Positions 1 through 8,936 of a stretch of DNA of 64,000 nucleotides are shown piece after piece. The notes under the pieces are model-generated. The model was given only the letters and a program-made list of their open reading frames with translations, made no database searches and was not told the DNA's origin. The DNA comes from Candidatus Bathyarchaeota archaeon. Its GTDB lineage: Archaea > Thermoproteota > Bathyarchaeia > Bathyarchaeales > Bathycorpusculaceae. A program made the position numbers and the translations under genes. Numbering within the stretch: position 1 is the stretch's first letter; each line of letters opens with the position of its first letter. The stretch is taken from NCBI GenBank assembly GCA_963827165.1, contig CAWGZR010000005.1, positions 480,001 through 544,000 on the forward strand. The letters are read 5' to 3'.

Positions 1-557
1 CGCAAAATCCTAACAAGCAAAAAATACAGCCGGTTACTTTCATCGTCCCGCGCAATAACGTTCTTGGCCAATTCAACGTCCCCGTAAACAAAAGAGTTTG
101 CCGCATCACGAATCATCCCTGCAACGATGGCGTAGTTTCGCTGCAGTATTTTTTCTGGCGAAGTAGAAGGCTGCTGCTGCATTAGACTGTGAAGCGAAAT
201 TTTTGAGCTGGTTTCCTCGAAAATCTCTAATCCGGAAAGAGAGCTTGCAGTCGATTTGACAATGGCCCTAGCCGCGGAATCGATTCTGTCTTTTGCTTCA
301 ATGTCAATTGTGTCGTAGCCTAGAAGGTATCGGCCAACAATCTCTCGTCCAAGATTCGGACCGACAGTTAAAGTAACAGTTCGGGTTGGGGGTTCAGCGT
401 CATATTCGGAGTCAACGATGAGTTTTCCGTCGTTGGTTATGTCTATACAGACTAGAGCGCCTTTTTTGAGCCCTTTCTTTTTAGCCCAATCTCTTGGTAA
501 GCAAACGAAAAATGTGCCTGTGGGCGTTTGTTGGATCTTGCGTAGATCAGCCGTTAA
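1..557 (-). CDS. Phosphate uptake regulator, AbrB + PhoU domains (3' end runs off the window)
   Basis: Manual translation LTADLRKIQQTPTGTFFVCLPRDWAKKKGLKKG (AbrB-like) ... GDVELAKNVIARDDESNRLYFLLVRIL (PhoU). No in-frame ATG/GTG/TTG at the N-terminus. Confidence 0.85.
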
Positions 558-787
558 GATACCTCACAGATGATATAACACATCTAAACTACGGTTCAAT
601 TATATAAATTAATTTAGTTTTGACTAATCAATGGCGAAAAGAAGAGAGGCCGAAGGCGGGTTTCTATAGGTAAAAAGCCTCTGAAGCAGAACTTAAGCAA
701 ATACCCCCTTAGAACGAAAAACGGTAAATAAGTCATAGACATAACAGGGTAAACATAAAGCTGTTCGAACCGGAGACCAAGCGAAGA

Positions 788-2368
788 ATGATGAGTGGGC
801 AGGAAAAACTTCAAAGAGCAATCCAAGCAACAATCGCGGCTGGGTACCAGTTAGACAGCGAAGCGTTTGAGTTTCTGAGCCAAAACGCAGAAACGACCGA
901 TCCAGTAGGCATAATGGACATAGCCCTTCAAAGGCTTTCTGACCTGCAAGAAAAACCATTTTTCATAGACAAGGTTTTCCTGGAAACTCTGGTTCAGCAG
1001 CTCACAGTTCCAACAATTACAACCAGAGAACCCGAACCCGAGCCGCAACAAAGCACAGTTGAGCAACCGCCTTCGCAGGTAATAGATCAAACTGGCTCAG
1101 CTGAAGGCAGGTTTTACCCTTACGCCAAAGACATAAAGGCCGAAATCGCGATTCTAGAAGACGCAACAGGCAAGCTTAGCTCTAACGGAACCATTGATGA
1201 GTACCTTCTGTATTTTCAAGATAGGTTTAGGCGGCTGGAGCATTTGCTAAGGCAAAGAATAGATGTGAGAGCGGCAACGCCGATACTTGAAGCATTAAAG
1301 TCTCCTGCAAAAACAAAACTCAAAATAATCTGCATGGTAAGCGAGAAAAGAGATTCAAAAAACCATATCGTTCTTTCAGTGGAAGACCTTCAAGGAACCG
1401 CCACCGTTTTGATTCCTCAAAAAGCCCCAGAAGATGTCCGAAAAAAAGCCCTGATGCTGTTGCCCGACACAGTTGTATGCTTAGCAGTAATCAAAACGCG
1501 TACCAATCTTTTCCTTGCAGAGGATATTATTTTTCCAGAAATTGGGAAAAAAACTCAGCAGAGAGCGCAAGAACCAATCTACGTTGTTTTAACTTCGGAC
1601 CTTCATATCGGGAGCACCAAATTTGAAAAGCAAGCTTTCAGGCGGTTCATCCTGTGGCTCAGGGGGAAATATGGGGACGAGCAAATGAGGGAGATAGCGG
1701 GCAGGGTAAAGTACCTCCTGATTGCAGGAGATATAGTTGACGGAGTCGGAGTGTATCCGGGGCAAGCAAAAGAATTATCGATAAGAGATGTTCATAAACA
1801 ATACGACTTCGCATTCAAATACCTCGAAAAAATCCCTAGCTACATCGAAGTAATTATATCTCCAGGCAACCATGACGCAGCGCGAAAAGCCTTGCCTCAG
1901 CCAGCAATAGCTGAAGGCTACTTGAAGGGTATGCAGGGAAAAAGCAACATCCGCTCCGTCGGCAGCCCATGCTTGCTCAGTTTACACGGGGTTGAGGTTT
2001 TGATGTACCATGGTCGTAGCTTAGACGACATTATCGGTGTAGTGCCGGGGATGGATCATGATCATCCCGAAAAAGCGATGAAGCTTCTCATGCAGAGTCG
2101 ACATTTGGCTCCTGCATATGGAGGAAAAACCATGCTTTCCCCCGAAAACCGTGACTATCTAGTTATTGATAGGGTACCAGACATCTTTCACGCAGGGCAC
2201 ATTCACGTGTTAGGCTATTGCAATTACCGTGGGGTGCTCGTCGTTAATTCGGGCGGCTGGCAGGAACAAACCGATTACATGGAAAAGCTGGGGTTAGTTC
2301 CTACACCTGGAAAGGTTCCAGTGGTGAACCTGCAAACGCTTGAAACCACAGTGCTTTCTTTTCTTTAG
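788..2368 (+). CDS. polB: DNA polymerase D small subunit DP1 (proofreading exonuclease)
   Basis: OB fold plus calcineurin-like motifs SDLHIGS, GDIVDG, PGNHDA, YHGRS, HAGHIH. Confidence 0.97.
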   Translation: MMSGQEKLQRAIQATIAAGYQLDSEAFEFLSQNAETTDPVGIMDIALQRLSDLQEKPFFIDKVFLETLVQQLTVPTITTREPEPEPQQSTVEQPPSQVIDQTGSAEGRFYPYAKDIKAEIAILEDATGKLSSNGTIDEYLLYFQDRFRRLEHLLRQRIDVRAATPILEALKSPAKTKLKIICMVSEKRDSKNHIVLSVEDLQGTATVLIPQKAPEDVRKKALMLLPDTVVCLAVIKTRTNLFLAEDIIFPEIGKKTQQRAQEPIYVVLTSDLHIGSTKFEKQAFRRFILWLRGKYGDEQMREIAGRVKYLLIAGDIVDGVGVYPGQAKELSIRDVHKQYDFAFKYLEKIPSYIEVIISPGNHDAARKALPQPAIAEGYLKGMQGKSNIRSVGSPCLLSLHGVEVLMYHGRSLDDIIGVVPGMDHDHPEKAMKLLMQSRHLAPAYGGKTMLSPENRDYLVIDRVPDIFHAGHIHVLGYCNYRGVLVVNSGGWQEQTDYMEKLGLVPTPGKVPVVNLQTLETTVLSFL

Positions 2369-2382
2369 AAGCCTTGTTCCCT

Positions 2383-3631
2383 TCATAGCTGAGCGTTGGT
2401 TTTGCGGGTTGCTTGTGGAGAATAATTGATCAGTTGGCTAAAACGAGCGTCGTCTGTGAATACGTCTCGAATGAGGCTTCTTGAAATTTCAAGTCTGATT
2501 TTTTTGGTTCTGCCGTACCTACCCATGCTAACGACCTTGGCATTCACAAGGCCCATCGAGTCAAGCTCATTTATCAGGGTGCCTAACCGACGCTGAGTCA
2601 GAAGACCAGCGCCGAATTCGCCGCACAACTCATTGTAAACGTCGTAAATTTCACCGGTTGTGGCGTTTGGCTTGTTTAGATGGTAAACACTTAGAAGCAC
2701 AAGTTTTGAGTGAAGCGTCAAGTTTTTGAGAGCTTCCACCACACGATTATGCTCAATATGTTTTTCTGCTAAACGTACATGTTCCTCTGTGATCGTAGCG
2801 GCACCCTGGCGTTCAGCAACCTCGCCTGCCACACGAAGCAGATCCAGAGCTCGACGTGCGTCTCCGTGCTCAGCAGCAGCCAAAGCCGAGCAGACACTCA
2901 GGGCTGGCTCAGTCAAAACGTTCTCGCGAAAAGACAGTTTAGAACGTTCCGAAAGAATGTTTCTAAGTTCCGCCGCGTCGTACGGTCTGAAAACCAATTC
3001 TTCCTCACTAAGTGAGCTGAAAACCCGGGGATCCAAGAACTCTTTCAACCGAAGGTCATTTGAAATGCCGATAATTGAAACTCGACTTTTCTTTAGTGTT
3101 TCATTTATTCGGGTTAGCTCATACATGAAAGCGTCTCCCTGATCTTTTATCAAGGCGTCGATTTCGTCAAGCACAATTATGAAAATGATTTTAGAAGAGT
3201 CAAGGCCTGCTCTGAACCTGTCAAAGACTTCTCCAACCGACAAACCCGTGAAAGGAATTGTCATACCTACACTTTGACTTAGAGCCGCGAAAACCCGGTA
3301 TTCTGAACCGGTCATTCTGCAATTTATGTAACAGAATTTTACCTAGGGAACCGTACTCTTTTGCCTTAAACTCAAGATGGCTCAAAACATGTTTGGCAAC
3401 TGCTGTTTTACCTGTGCCTGTTTTTCCGTAGATAAAAATGTTAGAGCATCTTGCATTTTTCAGAACTGGAGCAACCGTTTGACCCAGCAACTTTATTTGC
3501 TCCTCTCTATGGGGTAGCTTCTCAGGAACGTAATCGGTCCTAAGCACTTCTCGATCTTTGAATAATTTGACCCCATTCACGAAGCTTTCAAACACTTCAT
3601 CTAACACATTTGGATTCGCCATTCTCCCCAC
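2383..3631 (-). CDS. cdc6: Orc1/Cdc6 replication initiator, split by one frameshift near 3342 (probable assembly error)
   Basis: ORF 3221..3631 has LPHREEQI and Walker A GKTGTGKT; ORF 2383..3315 has Walker B IIVLDEID, GDARRALDLL and the wHTH SMGRYGRT. Removing one base restores EYGSLVKFCYINCRMTGSEY. Confidence 0.95.
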
Positions 3632-3659
3632 TTCCCCATTTTCAGAGGTACAACCGATA

Positions 3660-3684
3660 GTTCGAGTGGAACAGATAAAGGATG
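3660..3684 (+). repeat. ORB-like box
   Basis: GTTCGAGTGGAACAGATAAAGGATG resembles the TTCCAGTGGAAAC ORB core. Confidence 0.65.
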
Positions 3685-3770
3685 CAGTACAAAAAACTGG
3701 TGGTGAAGCACAACAATCCTAAAAAACCATGATGAGACTGCATCACAAGCGGATAAATCTACGTTGACAC

Positions 3771-3794
3771 ACACCCCAAAGTTTCTACTGGAAA
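3771..3794 (-). repeat. ORB box with G-string
   Basis: Minus strand TTTCCAGTAGAAACTTTGGGGTGT, left of the DUE. Confidence 0.85.
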
Positions 3795-3956
3795 AAATTA
3801 AGACGAGAAAGAAAAAACTAATAATTATAATATTTATTATATATACTCTGAGTAATAAGTTGTAAATTAGTATATTAAGAATAATGATTTAGAATTTTAA
3901 ATAGAAAATCTACAAAAATTTTAAGAAATATTTTGAGATTCCGCCTCGCCAAAATG

Positions 3957-3982
3957 CGTCGACAGGAAATGCAGGGGTGTGT
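3957..3982 (+). repeat. ORB box with G-string, inverted relative to 3771-3794
   Basis: CGTCGACAGGAAATGCAGGGGTGTGT, right of the DUE. Confidence 0.75.
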
Positions 3983-4091
3983 CTTCTTGGATCAAATTAT
4001 GGAAAAATCTTTGAAAAACCATGGAGATTGACCATTTTCATCATGACCTGGGGAAACTTGGTTTAAGAAGTCTAATTACAAAAATCTTCTC

Positions 4092-4409
4092 TTCACAAAC
4101 CCTTTTTCCGTTCACAAAACTGTGAATACGTGTGAAATAGCATTGAATTTGTCGCTTAATTGCCTTTGTTTTCTCTAAAATTACCTTGTTTCTGTCTTTT
4201 TACAGTGAACAAGGCACCCCTACGCTTCCTCTGGAAAAGCAGAACCGAGCAGTAACAACAATCTTTCAGCCATTTGACTTTCATGTGAAGTCAGTTATGT
4301 TCAATAGAATGAAGATCTAACGTCTTTACCAGAAATAAGCTCACAATCAGTTTTTCTTTTCACTGCTTTCACCATAACAGCTATAAGGTGTGAAGTGTAA
4401 AGTTGTGAA
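4092..4409. repeat. Cluster of TGTGAA/TTCACA hexamers
   Basis: Perfect copies at 4092, 4111, 4121, 4131, 4284, 4389, 4404; near-copies at 4204, 4340, 4359, 4368. Confidence 0.75.
4215..4237 (-). repeat. ORB box with G-string
   Basis: Minus strand TTTCCAGAGGAAGCGTAGGGGTG. Confidence 0.8.
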
Positions 4410-4429
4410 CTCCTTAAGGTGTGCGCCTG

Positions 4430-4861
4430 ATGCCAGCTCGAAAAATGCGCGTGGAGCTGTTTGATAACGATGGCAACCGATACACCATCGCATTCGAGGG
4501 TCAAGTGACCCGAGACAAAGCTCTACGACTCTTAGACCTCGTGGAACTCCTAGGCGGCGCGCCAAGCGAAAACCCTTCATCAAACCCAAGTTCTTCAATC
4601 ACAAATGGGTTGCCTTCGCGTTTCGATAAGGTCCAGTTAGTGATTCAAAAGAGCTTCCCGTTGATTTGGTTTTCTTCCAAGGATATCCAATCTGTTTACG
4701 AGCAAGATCTTAAAGAGCCGATAGGCCTAAGCACCGTATCAACTTACCTTTCAAGAATGGCCGTCAAAGGCATGCTGCTGAGAACCGGCGGATCCAACAA
4801 TCTGAAGTACAGAAGCGCACCAAACATCCCTCAAGCAACTCTAAGACAAACCATAAAGTAG
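4430..4861 (+). CDS. Origin-adjacent protein A: small N-terminal domain, S/N/P linker, C-terminal winged-helix domain
   Basis: AAGGTG SD before ATG 4430; C-terminal FSSKDIQSVYEQDLKEPIGLSTVSTYLSRMAVKGMLLRTG is wHTH-like. Confidence 0.8.
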   Translation: MPARKMRVELFDNDGNRYTIAFEGQVTRDKALRLLDLVELLGGAPSENPSSNPSSSITNGLPSRFDKVQLVIQKSFPLIWFSSKDIQSVYEQDLKEPIGLSTVSTYLSRMAVKGMLLRTGGSNNLKYRSAPNIPQATLRQTIK

Positions 4862-4871
4862 ACGAACGAAT

Positions 4872-5663
4872 TTAGGTTGCGGGTGTTTCTTCGGTTTTCT
4901 TTAACAGCTTTTCCATCTCAGATTTGATTGTGTACTTGAAGGGTATTTTTCCGGCTTCGCGCTCAACGTAGCCGCCCTCGTAGAGTTTTTTCATCAGTCT
5001 CGCAGTGTGCTCTCTGCTTAGATGTACTTGCTCCTTTATTTCAGGCGCAGTTTTGGGTCCTTCCGAAGATAGTTTCTCCAGCACTATTATCTCCGTTTCT
5101 GTTAGGGCGGCCATTGCTTTATCGCGTTTGATTGGCATAACTGGCATAAGGGTTTCAACTTGGACTTCTGGAGGAGCGGACAACTTTTGGATTTGTTCTT
5201 CGAATCCAATGATCTTTACTTTCACTGCTTCTTGGGCCGCTTCGATGTCTTGGATCTTTGTTTCCAAACCCGCTAAACCCGACAGAATGCTTGTACTAGT
5301 CAGTTTAAGGCTTTGCGACACAACATTGACTTGTCCTTCTATAGGCGTTAGCCTCTTCTCTAAATTGTCCGCTTTTTTTATGCCTTCGTCAGCCCTGGCA
5401 AAGTTTCCCTCTATCTTGAAGGCGACCAGGTCTATTTTCTCTGCTTCACGCTTGAGTTCCCTGTGAAAGCTCATGACAATGTCTTCAACAGTGTTCTTAG
5501 CTTTCTCATATTCCCGTTGTGCCTTGCGTATCTGATTGTAATATTCAGCTGAAGTTGCAACTGTAACTGATGCTAAAGCAGCTAAGATTACAAGCGTGAG
5601 GTCAATCGTGATTTGCCACCCCTGTGACGCATTCGTGACATCGTCGGTTGCATCACACATCAC
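4872..5663 (-). CDS. Origin-adjacent protein B: N-terminal TM helix, long coiled coil, C-terminal MarR-like wHTH
   Basis: Hydrophobic IDLTLVILAALASVTVATSA; heptad-rich middle; LTETEIIVLEKLSSEGPKTAPEIKEQVHLSREHTARLMKKLYEGGYVER. Start codon uncertain. Confidence 0.82.
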   Translation of the reverse strand: MMCDATDDVTNASQGWQITIDLTLVILAALASVTVATSAEYYNQIRKAQREYEKAKNTVEDIVMSFHRELKREAEKIDLVAFKIEGNFARADEGIKKADNLEKRLTPIEGQVNVVSQSLKLTSTSILSGLAGLETKIQDIEAAQEAVKVKIIGFEEQIQKLSAPPEVQVETLMPVMPIKRDKAMAALTETEIIVLEKLSSEGPKTAPEIKEQVHLSREHTARLMKKLYEGGYVEREAGKIPFKYTIKSEMEKLLKKTEETPAT

Positions 5664-5895
5664 AATTCTCCATGGACTTTTTAAGGTTTGTGGTAATGCG
5701 AGTGCGTGTTTGATATGATATCACACATCACGTTTAATTTTCTTCTACGAACGCCTTAGGATACGCCCTGTGGATCTCCTTACTTTAAGCCTATTTTCTA
5801 ATTCCAACGTTCAAGAAGCCTGATTCATTTTAGCTTCTTAGCCTTCCTCTTCTTGCGTAGAAAACTGTAGAAAATGCGTGATTTGTGACGTCACA
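5607..5895. repeat. Cluster of YGTGAY/RTCACR hexamers
   Basis: Copies at 5607, 5623, 5634, 5652, 5659, 5720, 5727, 5877, 5884, 5890; ATCACACATCAC twice (5652, 5720); palindrome TGTGACGTCACA at 5884-5895. Confidence 0.75.
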
Positions 5896-6370
5896 TTAAC
5901 GATTCTGATGGACTAGAAAGCCGTTTTAGGCTCGTTTCTAGCTCATGTCGTATGATTTCTATTACCTTTAGATGGTCTTTTAGTTCTTCTTCCTTACCTG
6001 GCATGTCTTGATGTGCCTCCAGATATTCGTGCAATTTATTGGCTATTTCGAGATACGGGTCAAGGGTTGTGCTCTCAAACACGCCCAAATACCCTAGAAG
6101 TAATACCGTATAGATCGATTTTATGACGTTTTCTTTGGACTGTCGTAGTGTCCTGTTAAACGATCCGCGACTTATTTTAGCCTTGGTTAGCCTTAAATTG
6201 GCTTTTTCATCGTATTTTAGCTGTTTGCCTGATAAATTCTCGGCTAAAACATCAATTAGGAGAGTTTCGAGCTGAGTTTTTGTCAATTGGCTGTTTTTCG
6301 CGAGTATTTGGACAATGGGATCGTTTAGTGCCCCGTTTAGCCACGCTTGTACGCCGTCTTTTAGCTTCAA
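5891..6370 (-). CDS. Origin-adjacent protein C: helical hypothetical protein with possible HTH and a hydrophobic helix
   Basis: GGAGG SD before TTG; LTKTQLETLL...ISRGSFNRTLRQSKENVIKSIYTVLLLGYLGVF. Confidence 0.78.
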   Translation of the reverse strand: MKLKDGVQAWLNGALNDPIVQILAKNSQLTKTQLETLLIDVLAENLSGKQLKYDEKANLRLTKAKISRGSFNRTLRQSKENVIKSIYTVLLLGYLGVFESTTLDPYLEIANKLHEYLEAHQDMPGKEEELKDHLKVIEIIRHELETSLKRLSSPSESLM

Positions 6371-6657
6371 ACTTAACGTTCCTCCGTATACTTCAATGAA
6401 TACATTTTTGTATACTGGCTCAAGTTTTTAAGTGTTTGTGGGCGAAAAAGTTGTTAATTGGGCAACGTAACGCCTAGAAATTTACCTAAAAAACGTAAAT
6501 AAGGAATTATCAAAGGTTCTTTTATGAATTAGCCATGAGAATGGCGTATTTACAAAATAGCGGCAAAAGCAATTGAACTCTTGGCGGAGAACTTTACCGT
6601 ATTTTACACAAAAGTTGATAGTTTTTCCCTGAGCATTTTTGTTTGAATCATCCAAAA

Positions 6658-6839
6658 GTCACACATTCACGGATCTAGTGGTTATTTGTCAATGCTGTTT
6701 GAGCTTTCCAACCCATTTCTTGGCGATTCACTTTCATGTGATGGGTGTGACGTCATTGATCACGCTGCGTCACTGTGATTTATACCCATGAAAGAGCTAA
6801 TGTCACATGATTCTATGGAACGCGTGATGCCTCTGTGAT
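6658..6839. repeat. Cluster of YGTGAY/RTCACR hexamers
   Basis: Copies at 6658, 6737, 6746, 6759, 6774, 6802, 6823, 6834; near-copies at 6666, 6727, 6769. Confidence 0.75.
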
Positions 6840-6863
6840 TCGGAGATCTTGCAGGCGAATGCC

Positions 6864-7697
6864 TTAGAAGAGTTCTGAGTATTCTTTTAGTTTGTCGAAA
6901 AGTTCAGGTCTCAGGTCTCTTAGAGTCGGAATGAATGTTTCTGCGCTTTTCAGGTCGCTGTAATCTACTTCGCATGTTACAAAGTCTTCCTCGTCGTATT
7001 TTGCCTTTGCCAAGAGGTCTCCATTTGGACTGACAAGCCTGCTTCCTCCCCAGAATTGAAGGCCATCTTGAACTCCTGCAAGATTCACGTAGGCTACGTA
7101 CGATGTGTTTTCGATTGCTCTAGCGCAGGTTAAGGTTTCAAAGTAGCTTCTGCGAACTGCAGGAGACGCAGAAATGCAAACCATTAGTTGTGCACCTTTC
7201 AGTCGGGTGAGTCTGAGCACTTCTGGGAAGAAAATGTCGTAACAAATGCATAAGCCAATGTTGCCGATGTCTGTTTGAAACGCTGCTGTTTGGTAGCCGG
7301 GGCGAAAATACCTTTTTTCCTCGAAGACGCTGTGAGTCGGTAGGTACATTTTGCGGTATTTTCCGATTAGTCCTTTGGGGCCGACAAAGACGGCGGTGTT
7401 AAAGAGTGTTGCTTGGGTTTTTTCACTCAGCTCAGGCATTCCGAAAATCAGGTGCATTCCTGTTTTTTTGGCAAGCGTTTCAGCCTTCGCAACTGCTGGT
7501 CCAGGAATAGTTTCCGCCATTTCGTAGGCTTGGTCATGAATAACATAACCTGTTAACGACATTTCTGGGAAAATAGCTAGGTCTGCCCCTTGCTCACTGG
7601 CCTTAACGGTTAATTTCTCTATTTTCTGAAAGTTCGCATCTTTATCCTCTCGCCTACTGCTTATCTGGGCAAGGGCAACCTTGATTTTGTCTTTCAT
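6864..7697 (-). CDS. Carbon-nitrogen hydrolase (nitrilase superfamily), probable glutaminase partner of NadE
   Basis: E-K-C triad motifs FPEM, YRKMYLP, CICYD; immediately downstream of nadE. Confidence 0.9.
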   Translation of the reverse strand: MKDKIKVALAQISSRREDKDANFQKIEKLTVKASEQGADLAIFPEMSLTGYVIHDQAYEMAETIPGPAVAKAETLAKKTGMHLIFGMPELSEKTQATLFNTAVFVGPKGLIGKYRKMYLPTHSVFEEKRYFRPGYQTAAFQTDIGNIGLCICYDIFFPEVLRLTRLKGAQLMVCISASPAVRRSYFETLTCARAIENTSYVAYVNLAGVQDGLQFWGGSRLVSPNGDLLAKAKYDEEDFVTCEVDYSDLKSAETFIPTLRDLRPELFDKLKEYSELF

Positions 7698-7708
7698 TTG
7701 CTTTCCCT

Positions 7709-8551
7709 TCAATACATGTTTCTCGGAAGCCTAAAATCTGTTCCTACCGATCTAAAGCCTATTTTAGGCGCAATGGGCATTCTTCGTTTATGTTCATTTC
7801 TTAGCCATCTACGTTTTACGGCTTCGACAACAGATTTTTCTAAGGCAAGCTGATCGGCAATTTCCTGAGTTGTCATGAACCGCTCTAAGCCGAAGAGAAT
7901 TAGATCTAGGGTTTCGTATTTCATGCCGAGTTCCGTTTCAGCCATTTGCGAGGGCCAAAGCGCTGGCGTGGATGGTTTTAACGCAAGCTCTTTTTGGATT
8001 CCCATGTGAAGGGCGAGTTTGCGAACCTGTGTTTTGTATAGATCCATAATTGGTGTTATGTCCGCGGCTGCATCCCCCCACTTAGTGAAGTAACCCATCA
8101 TCGTTTCCGACTTATCCGAGCTGCCGCATACAATCTTGTTGAATTTGTTCGCGTAGTAGTAGAGATATATCATTCGGGTTCTTGCCTTGATGTTTCCTTT
8201 GCAGAGATTGTCCTTTGGGTCAAAAACTGGAATTTGCTCGTAGAAACTCTTCGTAACCTTGGTGATGTCGCAGACGCTGGTTTCTATTTGAAATTGGTCT
8301 GCAACGGCTTTGGCGTCGTTGATGTCTTTTTGGCTGAAGTTTTCCTCTTCAGGAAGCATAAGTGCTGAGACGTTTTTTCCACCTACTGCGAGACTTGAAA
8401 GTGCAGCTATCGTGCCGCTGTCGATTCCGCCGGACAAACCGAGGACGATCCCTTCGGCTCCGGCGTTTTCAACGTATTCTTTGATAAAGCGGCAGATTCT
8501 TGTTTGTGTTTCTGAAAAGTTGATGTCGAAGACGGAAGGCGTAAGTTTCAA
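7709..8551 (-). CDS. nadE: NAD+ synthetase
   Basis: LGLSGGIDS PP-loop, GNIKARTRM, GYFTKWGD, DLYKTQV, NEHKRRMP. Confidence 0.96.
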   Translation of the reverse strand: MKLTPSVFDINFSETQTRICRFIKEYVENAGAEGIVLGLSGGIDSGTIAALSSLAVGGKNVSALMLPEEENFSQKDINDAKAVADQFQIETSVCDITKVTKSFYEQIPVFDPKDNLCKGNIKARTRMIYLYYYANKFNKIVCGSSDKSETMMGYFTKWGDAAADITPIMDLYKTQVRKLALHMGIQKELALKPSTPALWPSQMAETELGMKYETLDLILFGLERFMTTQEIADQLALEKSVVEAVKRRWLRNEHKRRMPIAPKIGFRSVGTDFRLPRNMY

Positions 8552-8650
8552 TCGGCTTCACCAGCCACTATACTCTTGGTTTGTAGGCAAGTATTTAAGG
8601 ACAGGCATAAATATTACTGAACAATACCCTCGATTTGAAGGCTGTTATGA

Positions 8651-8920
8651 TTGGGTCGAAGAAGAAAGAAAGTTGTTCATATTCCAAAGAAACGTTTACC
8701 AAAATTCTTTTCCTGTCCCAAATGCGGGAAAGAAACAGTTAAGGTTGACATTTCCAGAGAGGAAGGCGGTCACGCTGTTGCTCAATGTAGTGGCTGTGGG
8801 CTGAAGGAGGAATTTCCAGTTAAGCAAGCTCAAGGCGAAGTTGACGTTTACTGCATGCTAACCGATCGAGTTTACGGTTCCGGCAAGAGAGCGCCGTTGC
8901 CAAACTTAAAGAAAGAGTAA
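8651..8920 (+). CDS. elf1: Transcription elongation factor Elf1
   Basis: MGRRRKK...LPKFFSCPKCG...CSGCG...VDVYC. Confidence 0.9.
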   Translation: MGRRRKKVVHIPKKRLPKFFSCPKCGKETVKVDISREEGGHAVAQCSGCGLKEEFPVKQAQGEVDVYCMLTDRVYGSGKRAPLPNLKKE

Positions 8921-8936
8921 TCGAAGGATTATCGGC

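Larger units (their letters stand above)
3632..4240. other. Chromosomal replication origin (oriC): ORB boxes flanking an AT-rich DUE
   Basis: Intergenic region directly upstream of cdc6 with four ORB-like boxes and a very AT-rich tract at about 3810-3935. Confidence 0.88.

Noticed and set aside
3315-3360. Programmed frameshift or real inactivation of cdc6
   Set aside because: No slippery heptamer at the site, and both halves are well conserved. Similar single-base insertions hit priL, the 42890 gene and the sortase, so assembly error is the simpler explanation.
3728-3770. C/D sRNA starting ATGATGA inside the origin
   Set aside because: No CTGA D box at suitable spacing and no terminal stem.
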